29,246 bases of DNA from Nitrospinaceae bacterium (GCA_046754465.1 JBHHVU010000040.1:1-29246); one strand, 5' to 3'; positions 1 through 8,711 are shown, counted from the first letter of the stretch. Numbers and translations are program-made. The notes: generated from the sequence alone by a model not told the origin.

Positions 1-186
1 GGGCTAGGGAGATGGTTCATAAGTTTGCACCCCGGACAAAAAAGCTGAATAACGAACCTCGGTGATTGCCAAATAGGCCCAAAAGGAATAGATTGTAGGT
101 GAGAGGATTAATTAACGATTTCTTCCCTGGCGAGAATTTCACCATCTCGTGAATTTCGCTGCCGGGACGAAAGAAGGAGGATAAAC

Positions 187-738
187 ATGGTGGAAAACAA
201 AAACCAGCAAATGCATTTTGACCATTCGGAATGGTTGGATAATACATTTAAATTAATGGATACCGCCCAGGAATTTTTTCGAGAAGTGGGGGAAACTGTA
301 AAAATCCTGATGAAAAAAGGATTTTCAAAAGGCAAAGAGGAAATCCGTTTCTTCATCTCCAAATCGACGGTCCTGGATTATATTTGCGGCGGGTTGAATG
401 CCGCAGCCGGTTTTCTGGCAGTCCTGTTTTCTTTTTCCGGATTCGGTCTCCTGGGTTATCAGGTATTTTTTTGGCTCAAGGACGGGGTGTGGACGGAATT
501 TCCCCTTTTGGTGGTTTTCAACGCCTTGTTCGAAAACACCGCCCTGGGGTCCTGGATATCCCATCCGGAGTCATGGTACGGACTACAGACCGTCACCCTC
601 TGGATTCTGGAAAATGTCCCGCTTTCGCTGGCGCTTATCGTACTTGGCCTGATTGGGGCCATCATGGCCGCGGCGGTCATGATCACCGCGATCATGATCC
701 GTTTTTACCAATTCAAAACCCCGGGAAAACAGGAATGA
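187..738 (+). CDS. Hypothetical membrane protein (183 aa, 2-3 predicted TM helices)
   Basis: Strong RBS AAGGAGG 6 nt before the ATG. Long hydrophobic stretches (GLNAAAGFLAVLFSFSGFGLLGYQVFFWL; VPLSLALIVLGLIGAIMAAAVMITAIMI). No family recognised. Confidence 0.8.
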   Translation: MVENKNQQMHFDHSEWLDNTFKLMDTAQEFFREVGETVKILMKKGFSKGKEEIRFFISKSTVLDYICGGLNAAAGFLAVLFSFSGFGLLGYQVFFWLKDGVWTEFPLLVVFNALFENTALGSWISHPESWYGLQTVTLWILENVPLSLALIVLGLIGAIMAAAVMITAIMIRFYQFKTPGKQE

Positions 739-750
739 GATGGAACTGCG

Positions 751-2034
751 TTAATCCTCTCCCCGAACGGGGAGGCAAATCGTTACCGTCGTGCCTTGTC
801 CCGGTTCACTCTCTACCTGGATATCGCCGCGGTGGACTTTTTTGATAATGCCGTAGCTGACGGAAAGCCCAAGCCCCGTGCCTTTGAACTGGGATTTGGT
901 GGTATAGAAAGGTTCAAAAATTTGACTCAAAATTTTTGCGTCGATGCCAACCCCCGTATCCCGAATGATGATGTGGATGGACGCATTTCGGACCTGGGTG
1001 GTGAGGGTGATGGTTCCGCCTTCTTCGGGAAGGGATTGAAACGCATTCTGAAGCAAATTCAAAATCACTTGTTTGAGCTGGTCTGGTACGGCCTCCAGTT
1101 TTGGCAGATCCTGAGCGTATCGTTTCTCCAATTTGATTTTATGGATTCTGAATTCCTTGCGCATCCACCATAAGGCGTCGTCTAAAATTTCATGGATATT
1201 GACAAGCACTTTTTTTCCCGATGAAGGGGCATAAAAATCCTTAAGCCTCTGGATCAGGTTCGCGGTCCGGTTGCATTCCAGAATAGCCTTATCACCCAAT
1301 TCCCTATATCTTTTTTCCATGGGAACCTTCTGGGTCATTCTCACCAATACATTGCGGATTCCATAAACAGGATTATTGATTTCATGGGCAATGGAGGCGA
1401 TCAGTTTTCCGATCGCCGACAACTTCTCGGAATGAATCAATTTTTTATTGTATTCATGCAACGCTTCTTCGGCCCGCATCCGTTGCACCTCGGTTTCCAC
1501 GCGGGCGGCGAAGATGGACAGAATCAATTCTATATTCGGAGAACCCTCCATCGGCCGGTCATCCATGACCGCCAGGACGCCCAAGGGTTTTCCCCCCCCG
1601 TGAAAAAGAGGAACCCCCAAAAAACTTTCCACTTTAAATTGCTTCAAGAGTGGAAAATCCGGAAAGTAAGACTGGACACTTTCCGAATAAAAAACAATTT
1701 TCCGGGTTGTAACACGTTCACAAGGGCTTCCCGCTGAATCGTATTCAATATTATCGATGATTTTTCCCTGGCCGCAAAACGCGAGGGTCCGAAGCATGTT
1801 TTCGTCCTCGCCGGCGATTTCGGAAAGAAAGGCGTATTTCACATCCAGCGCGGAGGCAAGATTACAAACGAGGGACTGGAAAAATTTTTCCCCGGTGATC
1901 GCGGAGGAGGTTCCTGCCACGATCGCCCGCATTTGATTGAAAAGAACCCGATAGCGTTCTTCACTCTCCCGCAGTTCCTTACGGGTCCGTCTGCTTTCAG
2001 CAATCTCTTTACTCAATGATTCCTTCTTCTTCAT
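751..2034 (-). CDS. Cytoplasmic sensor histidine kinase (GAF + HisKA + HATPase_c, NtrB-like)
   Basis: GAF-like segment (FFQSLVCNLASALDVKYAFLSE...SFLGVPL...LGVLAVMD). H-box SIAHEINNP, N-box QVILNLLQNA, G1 DTGVGI, F-box IFEPFYTTK, G2 GTGLGLS. No TM helix. Confidence 0.93.
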   Translation of the reverse strand: MKKKESLSKEIAESRRTRKELRESEERYRVLFNQMRAIVAGTSSAITGEKFFQSLVCNLASALDVKYAFLSEIAGEDENMLRTLAFCGQGKIIDNIEYDSAGSPCERVTTRKIVFYSESVQSYFPDFPLLKQFKVESFLGVPLFHGGGKPLGVLAVMDDRPMEGSPNIELILSIFAARVETEVQRMRAEEALHEYNKKLIHSEKLSAIGKLIASIAHEINNPVYGIRNVLVRMTQKVPMEKRYRELGDKAILECNRTANLIQRLKDFYAPSSGKKVLVNIHEILDDALWWMRKEFRIHKIKLEKRYAQDLPKLEAVPDQLKQVILNLLQNAFQSLPEEGGTITLTTQVRNASIHIIIRDTGVGIDAKILSQIFEPFYTTKSQFKGTGLGLSVSYGIIKKVHRGDIQVESEPGQGTTVTICLPVRGED

Positions 2035-2643
2035 GGCGCCGGACGACCTTTCAAGGATTCGAATAATCTTTGTATTCGATTCCGGGAGGCCTTTTTGGGA
2101 AACGATGAAGAAGCAACCCCAAGTTTTTCCTTTTTAACCCGAAAGACCTTTTGTTCCCATGAATTTTTTTTTGAACCACCATCACCACAAACCCAGATGC
2201 TCTCAAGTATTCTGTACTGAAGATATGAATTAGGACAAATTTATTTCAAAAGGGATAATAATCCACTCCAGCCGGGAACCCTGGGCTTTCACTGGTAAAA
2301 CGGATTCCTTTTCTCCCTTTAACGAATTAGATTTAATGCAGGCTAAAAATATTACCATGAGGAATTTTTCGGCAACACAAGTCAAAAGGATATCGCAAAC
2401 CGATATTTTAGCGCCTGAAAGGGCTATTTTAAAACCCGCTCCACCCCTTGATTGCAAGGAATGATTTTTCCGGTCCAAGGTCTCCTTCATGGAGGGGAGC
2501 CAATTGATCTTCCTCTTCATCAGAATTTTCTTTGCGTCCCCCGCGCCCTTTGTTGTGAAAAAGTTTTTTTGTCCAGCCTGTAAGCCAACCCTACTTATGC
2601 CAGGCTCTCATAACGGAAGAGAATGCCGGGACAACATGGGCAG

Positions 2644-2681
2644 AAAACAAAAAGGGGAACCCCCGCGAAGCGGGAACCCCC
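2644..2681 (-). terminator. Probable intrinsic terminator of the tRNA gene
   Basis: Minus strand reads GGGGTTCCCGC-TTC-GCGGGGGTTCCCC followed by TTTTTGTTTT, about 10 nt after the tRNA CCA. Confidence 0.7.
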
Positions 2682-2690
2682 GGTATAAAA

Positions 2691-2767
2691 TGGTGCCCCC
2701 GAGACGACTCGAACGTCCGACCTACGGATTAGGAATCCGTCGCTCTATCCGGCTGAGCTACGGGGGC
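2691..2767 (-). tRNA. tRNA-Arg (anticodon CCT)
   Basis: Reverse complement GCCCCCGTAGCTCAGCCGGATAGAGCGACGGATTCCTAATCCGTAGGTCGGACGTTCGAGTCGTCTCGGGGGCACCA. 7-bp acceptor stem, D-arm, anticodon stem ACGGA/TCCGT around TTCCTAA, TTCGA T-loop, encoded CCA. Confidence 0.98.
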
Positions 2768-2822
2768 AATATCAATTAATTTATTGTATTAAATATATTT
2801 CCCCAAAATTGAAAAATGCCAA

Positions 2823-2862
2823 TTTCCAGACTTTTGCCACCAATTTGCCACTATTTTCCAGA
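2823..2862. repeat. Short direct repeats next to the tRNA (TTTGCCAC[C/T]A x2, flanked by TTTCCAGA x2)
   Basis: TTTGCCACCA at 2833-2842 and TTTGCCACTA at 2844-2853. TTTCCAGA at 2823-2830 and 2855-2862. Confidence 0.6.
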
Positions 2863-3236
2863 TTTCGGGCTTTTTTTTTTATTTTCTGGTAAGACTGGAA
2901 AGGAGATTGTAATCATTTTTCAGGGGGTAATCAATCCCTCGAATTCTTCCTTTTTCAACCTTCCGCATTCGCCCCATGATGCTCCATAGAATAATTGTCA
3001 GAAAGAAAAAACCGAGGGCGCCAAGTATCCGCAATCGGAACCTGAGGTGTTTAAACCGGAAGGCCGTGGTAACTTCTAACTCGTAAAAATGCGATATTTA
3101 GGCTTGAGATTGGTTTTAGGGGTTTCACTGGGAAAACTGGTACAAATAACAGAGCGGGTCAACAGCCTTTCAGAACTCGAGGGCTTCAAAAACGACGATG
3201 AAAAGGCGCTGCCGTTCAGAAGCCATTTCGATGTCC

Positions 3237-4508
3237 TTAAGTGTGGGGGACCCGCTCATGGGAAAAGCCCAGGGTTTCCTTAAAAAATTCGGCGATTTCA
3301 TTTAAGTTCACCTCGTCCCTTAGCAGATCGAGATGCTCTTGCTCCCTTGCTTTCCTCTTCAAACCGGGGAAAATGGCGGCAAAGCTTTTAGGCGGCTGCG
3401 CCGCCTGAACCGTCACCGTGCCGTCGCCCGGCATTAGAAGCTGCGTTGCATCGAAATCCTTGAGGAATTTTTTGAGATTTTTTCCGGGAAAGAGAGTCGT
3501 GCCTTTCTTTTCATGCCACAGGGCGCCGTGCAATGTGGCTATCGCATCTCCATACATCAATAGAAATGGCAAATCGCTTTTCGCATTCAAGGGCGGGGCG
3601 TGCATTTTTTTATAAAACGCTTCGGCCCGCGAAAGCATGGCATGGGTATAGCCCACCCTGTTTTCCAGGGTCGCGGCGTCGAGCGCCACCGCATTTTTAA
3701 GCAAGCTCCAGTTCCTATCGCGCCACCGCGCCGCATCATGAATCCAACCGGAAACATCCTCTCCCTGAAGGGTCGATAACGCCCGCGGATACTTCGGCAG
3801 GATCTGGTAACTGGACGGAAACGATGCTACCGCCAACCCTTCCAGGGCTTTCGCGTTCAAACCGAACCGGATCCCATACTGCATGTTGCGAAAAACAGTC
3901 AGCGTGCCTTCGAAGGGCACGCCCGCCATCGCCACCGCATGAATCCTCCGCGCGCCGGACAGATTCATGCGGGCGTTTTGCAAGTCCTGATTTCCATACA
4001 ACAGGTAATAACCCGTTACCAGCCCCCCCATGCTGTGGGCCAGTATCGCCACCTTGGAAGCTCCCGCCGCGTACAAATCTTCCACCCGCCGCGCCAGTTG
4101 CTGAGCGGAGCGGGCGATGCCGCCCCGCCAATCGTAGGCAAAGACAGCCACATCGGCCCGCCCGGCAAGCCGGGTTTTAAGGCCGTCGATGATATTTCCG
4201 TAAATGTCCACCGACACCACCGGGGAAAGAAAATCCACCGACCGGAGCACGTCCCCCACCTTGAAGACAGTGGCTCCCGGAATGCGAATCCCGCCCACAT
4301 CAAGCGCCAGGGTCTGATTGCCCCACAACGCTTCGGCGCCGGTGAACCAGATTTTTTTGCCGTCGGTTTCCCGTATGAGGGTGCTGCCATAATATCCTGG
4401 AACGAAAAGGATCTGAATCGGAGCCGCGGAGTTTTCACCCAGAGGCGGGGAAGCGCTGCATTTCCAGCCGAGCAGACAGATGAGGGCAATCGTTATCGGG
4501 CGATTCAT
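3237..4508 (-). CDS. Exported alpha/beta-hydrolase of the LCAT/phospholipase A-like lipase family
   Basis: Oxyanion motif FVPGYYGS, FAYDWR, nucleophile elbow AHSMGG, PGDGTV (Asp), EHLDLL (His). Hydrophobic N-terminal signal after the ATG at 4508; the ORF track starts at GTG 4526. Confidence 0.88.
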   Translation of the reverse strand: MNRPITIALICLLGWKCSASPPLGENSAAPIQILFVPGYYGSTLIRETDGKKIWFTGAEALWGNQTLALDVGGIRIPGATVFKVGDVLRSVDFLSPVVSVDIYGNIIDGLKTRLAGRADVAVFAYDWRGGIARSAQQLARRVEDLYAAGASKVAILAHSMGGLVTGYYLLYGNQDLQNARMNLSGARRIHAVAMAGVPFEGTLTVFRNMQYGIRFGLNAKALEGLAVASFPSSYQILPKYPRALSTLQGEDVSGWIHDAARWRDRNWSLLKNAVALDAATLENRVGYTHAMLSRAEAFYKKMHAPPLNAKSDLPFLLMYGDAIATLHGALWHEKKGTTLFPGKNLKKFLKDFDATQLLMPGDGTVTVQAAQPPKSFAAIFPGLKRKAREQEHLDLLRDEVNLNEIAEFFKETLGFSHERVPHT

Positions 4509-4658
4509 CAATGAGCAGTGTACCACGATTGAAAACCCCCAAGAATCGTAAGCCCGTCCAACCTCCCTCCCAGGATTCCCGTGCTTCTTTCCAGTGGGCT
4601 CAATGAACCTATTTCCCCCCCGGCAAATTCATATTCCGCCGGCTGAGGCTGGACTTCT

Positions 4659-4687
4659 TTGACTTCTCCAGCACGGAATATTATGAT
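4659..4687 (+). promoter_or_regulatory. Sigma70-type promoter for the parvulin-fusion/ABC ATPase genes
   Basis: TTGACT-N17-TATGAT, ending 38 nt upstream of the ATG at 4726. Confidence 0.65.
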
Positions 4688-4725
4688 GTTTGCACGATTT
4701 TAAATCCTTTTGGGAGGTTTCAGGA

Positions 4726-5613
4726 ATGATCAAGGTTCGCGCGAGTCAAATTTTTTCTCATTCCATGGAGGATGTGGTTGACGCCAAAAAACAACTGGAT
4801 GCGGGGATGTCTTTCCTCGATGCGGTGGAAAAATTCAGTACCTGCCCTTCCAAGAAAAACGGCGGCGACCTGGGTTGGATGCCGGATGGGTCCGTCCGCG
4901 CCCTCCTGGGTGAGACGCTTTCGGAACGAGATGTGGGAAAGATCATCGGACCCGTTCATTCTCCTTACGGGTATCACCTTCTCAGAATCTCCGAAGTGGA
5001 ACTGGAAAAAGTGGAAGGCCCGTTTACCGTCCAAACTTCCATGCAGGAACTCAACCAGCTTTTCCCCGAAGCTCACAGCTTGTTGTTCAAAAAGTTCCAC
5101 GTCGGCCTGCCCGTCAGCGGTTATAAACCAGGGGAAACCATTGGTTCGGTCTGCCGGGAACAGAATAAACTGGAATTGGAAGTCCTCAATTTTCTCAATT
5201 CGGAATATTTAGACAAAAATGTTGAAATAATCTCTCCCCAGGACCTGGAGGAGCGGATGAGGCCGGGGGCGCCGAAGCCGGTTTTGCTGGATATCCGTGA
5301 AAATTGGGAACGCGATATCGCGATCATCCAGGGCTCCCAACTCGTCACCCGGGAGAACAGTGAATCCATCATCAGCTCCCTGGATAAGGATGAGGAAATT
5401 GTTCTGATCGACTGGAAGCAGGATCGCAGCCCGAGTTTCCGGAAATGGTTGGTCCAAAGAGGGTTCACCCAAGTGAAATGCCTGAAAGGGGGGATCGATG
5501 CTTGGGCGGAAAAAGTGGAAACCCGTCTCAATCGCTACGATATCGATGAAGACGATGGTTACCGCTACGAGGATATTATCGGGGACCCTTCCACCCAACC
5601 CGACCCCGGTTGA
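4726..5613 (+). CDS. Three-domain fusion: PpiC/parvulin PPIase + DUF1858/ScdA_N-like helical domain + rhodanese-like domain
   Basis: GGAGG at 4713-4717. Parvulin motifs FSTCPSKKNGGDLGW and GPVHSPYGYHLL. Middle segment TSMQELNQLFPEAHSLL...ETIGSVCREQ...EVLNFLN. Rhodanese motifs LLDIRENWE and GFTQVKCLKGGIDAW. Confidence 0.85.
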   Translation: MIKVRASQIFSHSMEDVVDAKKQLDAGMSFLDAVEKFSTCPSKKNGGDLGWMPDGSVRALLGETLSERDVGKIIGPVHSPYGYHLLRISEVELEKVEGPFTVQTSMQELNQLFPEAHSLLFKKFHVGLPVSGYKPGETIGSVCREQNKLELEVLNFLNSEYLDKNVEIISPQDLEERMRPGAPKPVLLDIRENWERDIAIIQGSQLVTRENSESIISSLDKDEEIVLIDWKQDRSPSFRKWLVQRGFTQVKCLKGGIDAWAEKVETRLNRYDIDEDDGYRYEDIIGDPSTQPDPG

Positions 5614-5683
5614 TATTTTTTTCAATGAACTTCAACCGCAAAAGAATCCTTTCCCCCATCCCTTTTGCCGCGGAGGTTCCCCG

Positions 5684-6664
5684 CTGACTTTCCTTCTTCG
5701 CATTGAAAACCTGACGACCAGTTTTATCACCGATGAGGGCGTTGTTCCCGCCGTCCGCCAGGTGGACCTGGAAATCAAACGCGGCAAAACCCTGGCGCTG
5801 GTGGGGGAGTCGGGGTGCGGCAAATCGGTCACGGCGCTCAGCGTTTTGCGGTTGATCCCCATGCCGCCCGGGCGATTCGAGTCGGGCCAGATTCTGTTCA
5901 ACGGCCGGGACCTGCTGAAAGTTCCCGAAAAAGAAATGGAAACGGTCCGCGGCAACGAGATCAGCATGATCTTTCAGGAGCCGATGACCTCGCTGAATCC
6001 CATATTCACCATCGGCGAGCAGATTGCGGAAACCCTCCTGCAGCACAAAAAAATGGATCCCCGGAAAGCGCGGGAACGAACATTGGAATCCTTGCGCAAG
6101 GTCGCCATTCCCTCTCCCGAAAAACGCATCGACCAATACCCCCATGAATTATCCGGCGGCATGAAGCAGCGCGTCATGATCGCAATGGCCATCGCCTGTG
6201 AACCGGAACTGCTTATTGCCGACGAACCCACCACCGCCCTGGACGTCACGGTTCAGGCTCAGATTCTGGACCTTCTGGAAAACCTGCGGCGGGAGACCCA
6301 CATGGCCATCCTCCTCATCACCCACAACCTGGGAATTGTGGCCCAGTATGCGGAACGTGTGGTGGTGATGTATGCCGGGAAGGTGGTTGAGGAGGCTCCG
6401 GTGGGAACCTTGTTTGAATCTCCGGCCCATCCTTACACCCGCGGACTTCTTCATTCGCTCCCCCAGGGCGAGCCGGGAAAGCGTCTCGAGGCCATCCCGG
6501 GCACCGTGCCCCATCCCGCCTATATTCCTGCCGGCTGCGCCTTTCATCCGCGTTGTTCCGAGACCCTGCCCCCATGCAAGGAACGGATACCTCCCGCATT
6601 TCCCATCAACAACGATCCCACCCATAAAGCCTCCTGCTGGCTCTATGGGGAACCGGAAGGGTGA
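5684..6664 (+). CDS. dppD: Oligopeptide/dipeptide ABC transporter ATP-binding protein (OppD/DppD family)
   Basis: Walker A GESGCGKS, IFQEPMTSLNP, signature YPHELSGGMKQR, Walker B LLIADEPTTALD, H-loop ITHN, C-terminal GCAFHPRC. Start inferred at CTG 5684, 7 nt after GGAGG; the ORF-track start 5498 overlaps the upstream gene. Confidence 0.92.
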   Translation: MTFLLRIENLTTSFITDEGVVPAVRQVDLEIKRGKTLALVGESGCGKSVTALSVLRLIPMPPGRFESGQILFNGRDLLKVPEKEMETVRGNEISMIFQEPMTSLNPIFTIGEQIAETLLQHKKMDPRKARERTLESLRKVAIPSPEKRIDQYPHELSGGMKQRVMIAMAIACEPELLIADEPTTALDVTVQAQILDLLENLRRETHMAILLITHNLGIVAQYAERVVVMYAGKVVEEAPVGTLFESPAHPYTRGLLHSLPQGEPGKRLEAIPGTVPHPAYIPAGCAFHPRCSETLPPCKERIPPAFPINNDPTHKASCWLYGEPEG

Positions 6665-7644
6665 TTTTCTCCATGGACCCGCTGATCCGGATACAGTCGC
6701 TGAAAAAATTATTTCCTGTCTATGGGGGACTGTTGACTCACGTGGTCGGCTGGGTACAAGCGGTGGAGAATGTCTCTTTCGACATTTATAAGGGAGAAAC
6801 GCTGGGTCTGGTGGGCGAATCGGGTTGCGGCAAGACCACGTTGGGGCGGATGTCGATCCGCCTCATCGAACCGACCGCGGGACACATATTTTTTGAAGAC
6901 ATCGATATCCTTAAAATCGGTTCCCGGGAGTTGACCCGGCTTCGTCCCCGAATGCAGATCATCTTTCAGGACCCTTACAGTTCGCTCAATCCAAGGTTCA
7001 CGGTGGAGCGGATCATCGGGGAAGCCATGCTGATACACGGGTTGGCCGACAGGAACAATCTGCGGAAAAAGATCGGGGAGGTCATGGAAAAAGTGGGGCT
7101 GTCCTCCCGCTACATGGGCCGTTACCCGCATGAGTTTTCGGGCGGACAAAGACAACGCATCGGGATTGCCCGGGCGCTGGCCCTCAATCCCCGTTACATC
7201 GTCTGTGATGAACCCGTTTCCGCGCTGGATGTCTCCATCCAGGCCCAAATCATCAACCTTCTGCAAGAACTCCAGGAGGAGACGGGAATCTCCATGCTGT
7301 TCATTTCCCACGATCTCAACGTGGTGAAACACCTTTCCCGGAGGACGGCGGTGATGTACCTAGGACGCATCGTGGAGATCGCACCCAGTGAACTACTGAA
7401 TCGGGATCCCTCCCATCCTTACACACGGGCTCTGCTGGCGAGCAAACCCTCCCTGAATCCCAAGGAAAAGTTGAAACGCCCGCCATTGGTTGGGGACGTT
7501 CCCTCTCCTCTCAATCCGCCCTCGGGCTGCCATTTCCATCCGCGTTGTCCGGACGCCATGCCCCGATGCAAAATCGAAGAGCCTCGATATATACCCTATG
7601 GAAAAGATCACATCGTCCATTGTCACCTTTACGATACCGGGTGA
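6661..7644 (+). CDS. dppF: Oligopeptide/dipeptide ABC transporter ATP-binding protein (OppF/DppF family)
   Basis: GESGCGKTT, IFQDPYSSLNPR, YPHEFSGGQRQR, CDEPVSALD, NPPSGCHFHPRC. GTGA overlap with the upstream stop; alternative ATG at 6673. Confidence 0.93.
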   Translation: MIFSMDPLIRIQSLKKLFPVYGGLLTHVVGWVQAVENVSFDIYKGETLGLVGESGCGKTTLGRMSIRLIEPTAGHIFFEDIDILKIGSRELTRLRPRMQIIFQDPYSSLNPRFTVERIIGEAMLIHGLADRNNLRKKIGEVMEKVGLSSRYMGRYPHEFSGGQRQRIGIARALALNPRYIVCDEPVSALDVSIQAQIINLLQELQEETGISMLFISHDLNVVKHLSRRTAVMYLGRIVEIAPSELLNRDPSHPYTRALLASKPSLNPKEKLKRPPLVGDVPSPLNPPSGCHFHPRCPDAMPRCKIEEPRYIPYGKDHIVHCHLYDTG

Positions 7645-7688
7645 TTCCAAGCGGCGGGAATGCCGGTTCCGGGAGTTGTTGAGATGCG

Positions 7689-8267
7689 TCACCGCCGGCG
7701 CAGGCGGGATTCATGGTAGCGCCGGACAGAATCCAGGAATCGTTTGGCGCCATTTCGGGTGGAGAGTACTTCCTCCTCAACTGCCGGGAGGTTGGGAAAC
7801 GCTAACACAAAATAGTGGGCAAATATTCCCCTTCCTTTCCGGGTCCATTCCCCAAGCGTCTCATCCTCATAAACTTTTACCGCATCCAATCCACACGAGG
7901 GAGAAGATCGCTTAAAAATGAATCCATCCAGATTGAGATTTTTCATCACCGCGATTTTCTGGCGGGAATATTCGGTCATGGCCCGCGTCCAATCGCGGCC
8001 GGTTTTGGAATCGATCAAACGGGGTTGAGCCGGGTCTCCAACCATGTGGATCGGTTCCCTGGGAACGCCGAGTCCCACTTCCGTTTCCGGACAGAGGGAA
8101 ACCCACTCCACCCGGGGTCCGATCCATCTAGCTATTCCCGAATGCCAACGGTGTCCTCCGTCGTATCGGATTTCCTCTCCCAACAGACACCCGCTGATTC
8201 CCACGCGCGGGAGGCCGGGTTTCAGTGAATTGGATTTAGCCGTTGAACTTTTCATGACCATTTTCAC
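7689..8267 (-). CDS. DUF523 family protein (2-thiouracil desulfurase TudS-like Fe-S protein)
   Basis: VGISGCLLGEEIRYDGGH, CPETEVGLGVPREPI, GFIFKRSSPSCG: the three conserved Cys are present. Start uncertain (GTG 8267 has GGGGAG 7 nt upstream; ATGs at 8261 and 8255). Confidence 0.88.
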   Translation of the reverse strand: MKMVMKSSTAKSNSLKPGLPRVGISGCLLGEEIRYDGGHRWHSGIARWIGPRVEWVSLCPETEVGLGVPREPIHMVGDPAQPRLIDSKTGRDWTRAMTEYSRQKIAVMKNLNLDGFIFKRSSPSCGLDAVKVYEDETLGEWTRKGRGIFAHYFVLAFPNLPAVEEEVLSTRNGAKRFLDSVRRYHESRLRRR

Positions 8268-8510
8268 GACCCAACTCCCCGCGAGGTGAGCAACCACCTG
8301 CTGGAATCTCCCTCCTTCCCGCCAGAAGATTTTTCCAATGCGAATTGTTTACCAATAACACCATGGCTCTTAATTCCTGAAGCATTCTGACTACTTTTAT
8401 ATCACAGGAATCCCATATTTTAATACATCCCTCAAACGAGGTATGCGCTGAAATTCCTTGCTAAATGGCGATTTAGAGAAACAGAAAAATTATCGCCCGC
8501 CCGGAAAAAA

Positions 8511-8525
8511 AGGTCCGGATCTTGC
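8511..8525 (+). promoter_or_regulatory. Possible sigma54 (-24/-12) promoter upstream of the stator locus
   Basis: AGGTCCGGATCTTGC has the GG-N10-GC spacing and TTGC of the TGGCACG-N4-TTGC consensus, with three mismatches in the -24 half. Confidence 0.35.
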
Positions 8526-8636
8526 TCTTTGTTAGGGACTGGCTACTTTTTTATAAATAACAATCCGTATCATTCATTTTATTTGGAACACTATCAAGGG
8601 GTTCCACATTATCCAACTTCAATTAAGGAAAATTCC

Positions 8637-8711
8637 TTGGATCTCGCTTCCGTCATTGGAATTATTTCGGGACTTTCGATTATTTTCGCGGCCATTTTCA
8701 GCGGAAAATAA
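8637..8711 (+). CDS. 24-aa small ORF homologous to the first TM helix of MotA (micropeptide or motA relic)
   Basis: AAGGA then a TTG start, the same layout as motA. Encodes MDLASVIGIISGLSIIFAAIFSGK*, versus MotA MDFASIIGIISGISLIIAAIFMGG (17/24 identical). Confidence 0.6.
   Translation: MDLASVIGIISGLSIIFAAIFSGK

Noticed and set aside
2230..2520. 96-aa minus-strand ORF upstream of the kinase
   Set aside because: No recognisable domain or convincing RBS; cannot be supported.
2489..2779. 96-aa plus-strand ORF
   Set aside because: Reads through the antisense of the tRNA (MVPPRRLERPTYGLG is the typical tRNA shadow).
4639..4647. 9-bp match (CCGGCTGAG) to the tRNA as a possible second att site
   Set aside because: Too short; expected by chance over this distance.
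5498..5683. N-terminal extensions in the ORF track (dppD 5498; also 11423, folC 13722, lptD 14998, cheY 19324)
   Set aside because: They overlap upstream genes or lack homology-like sequence; downstream starts fit the RBS or family N-termini better.
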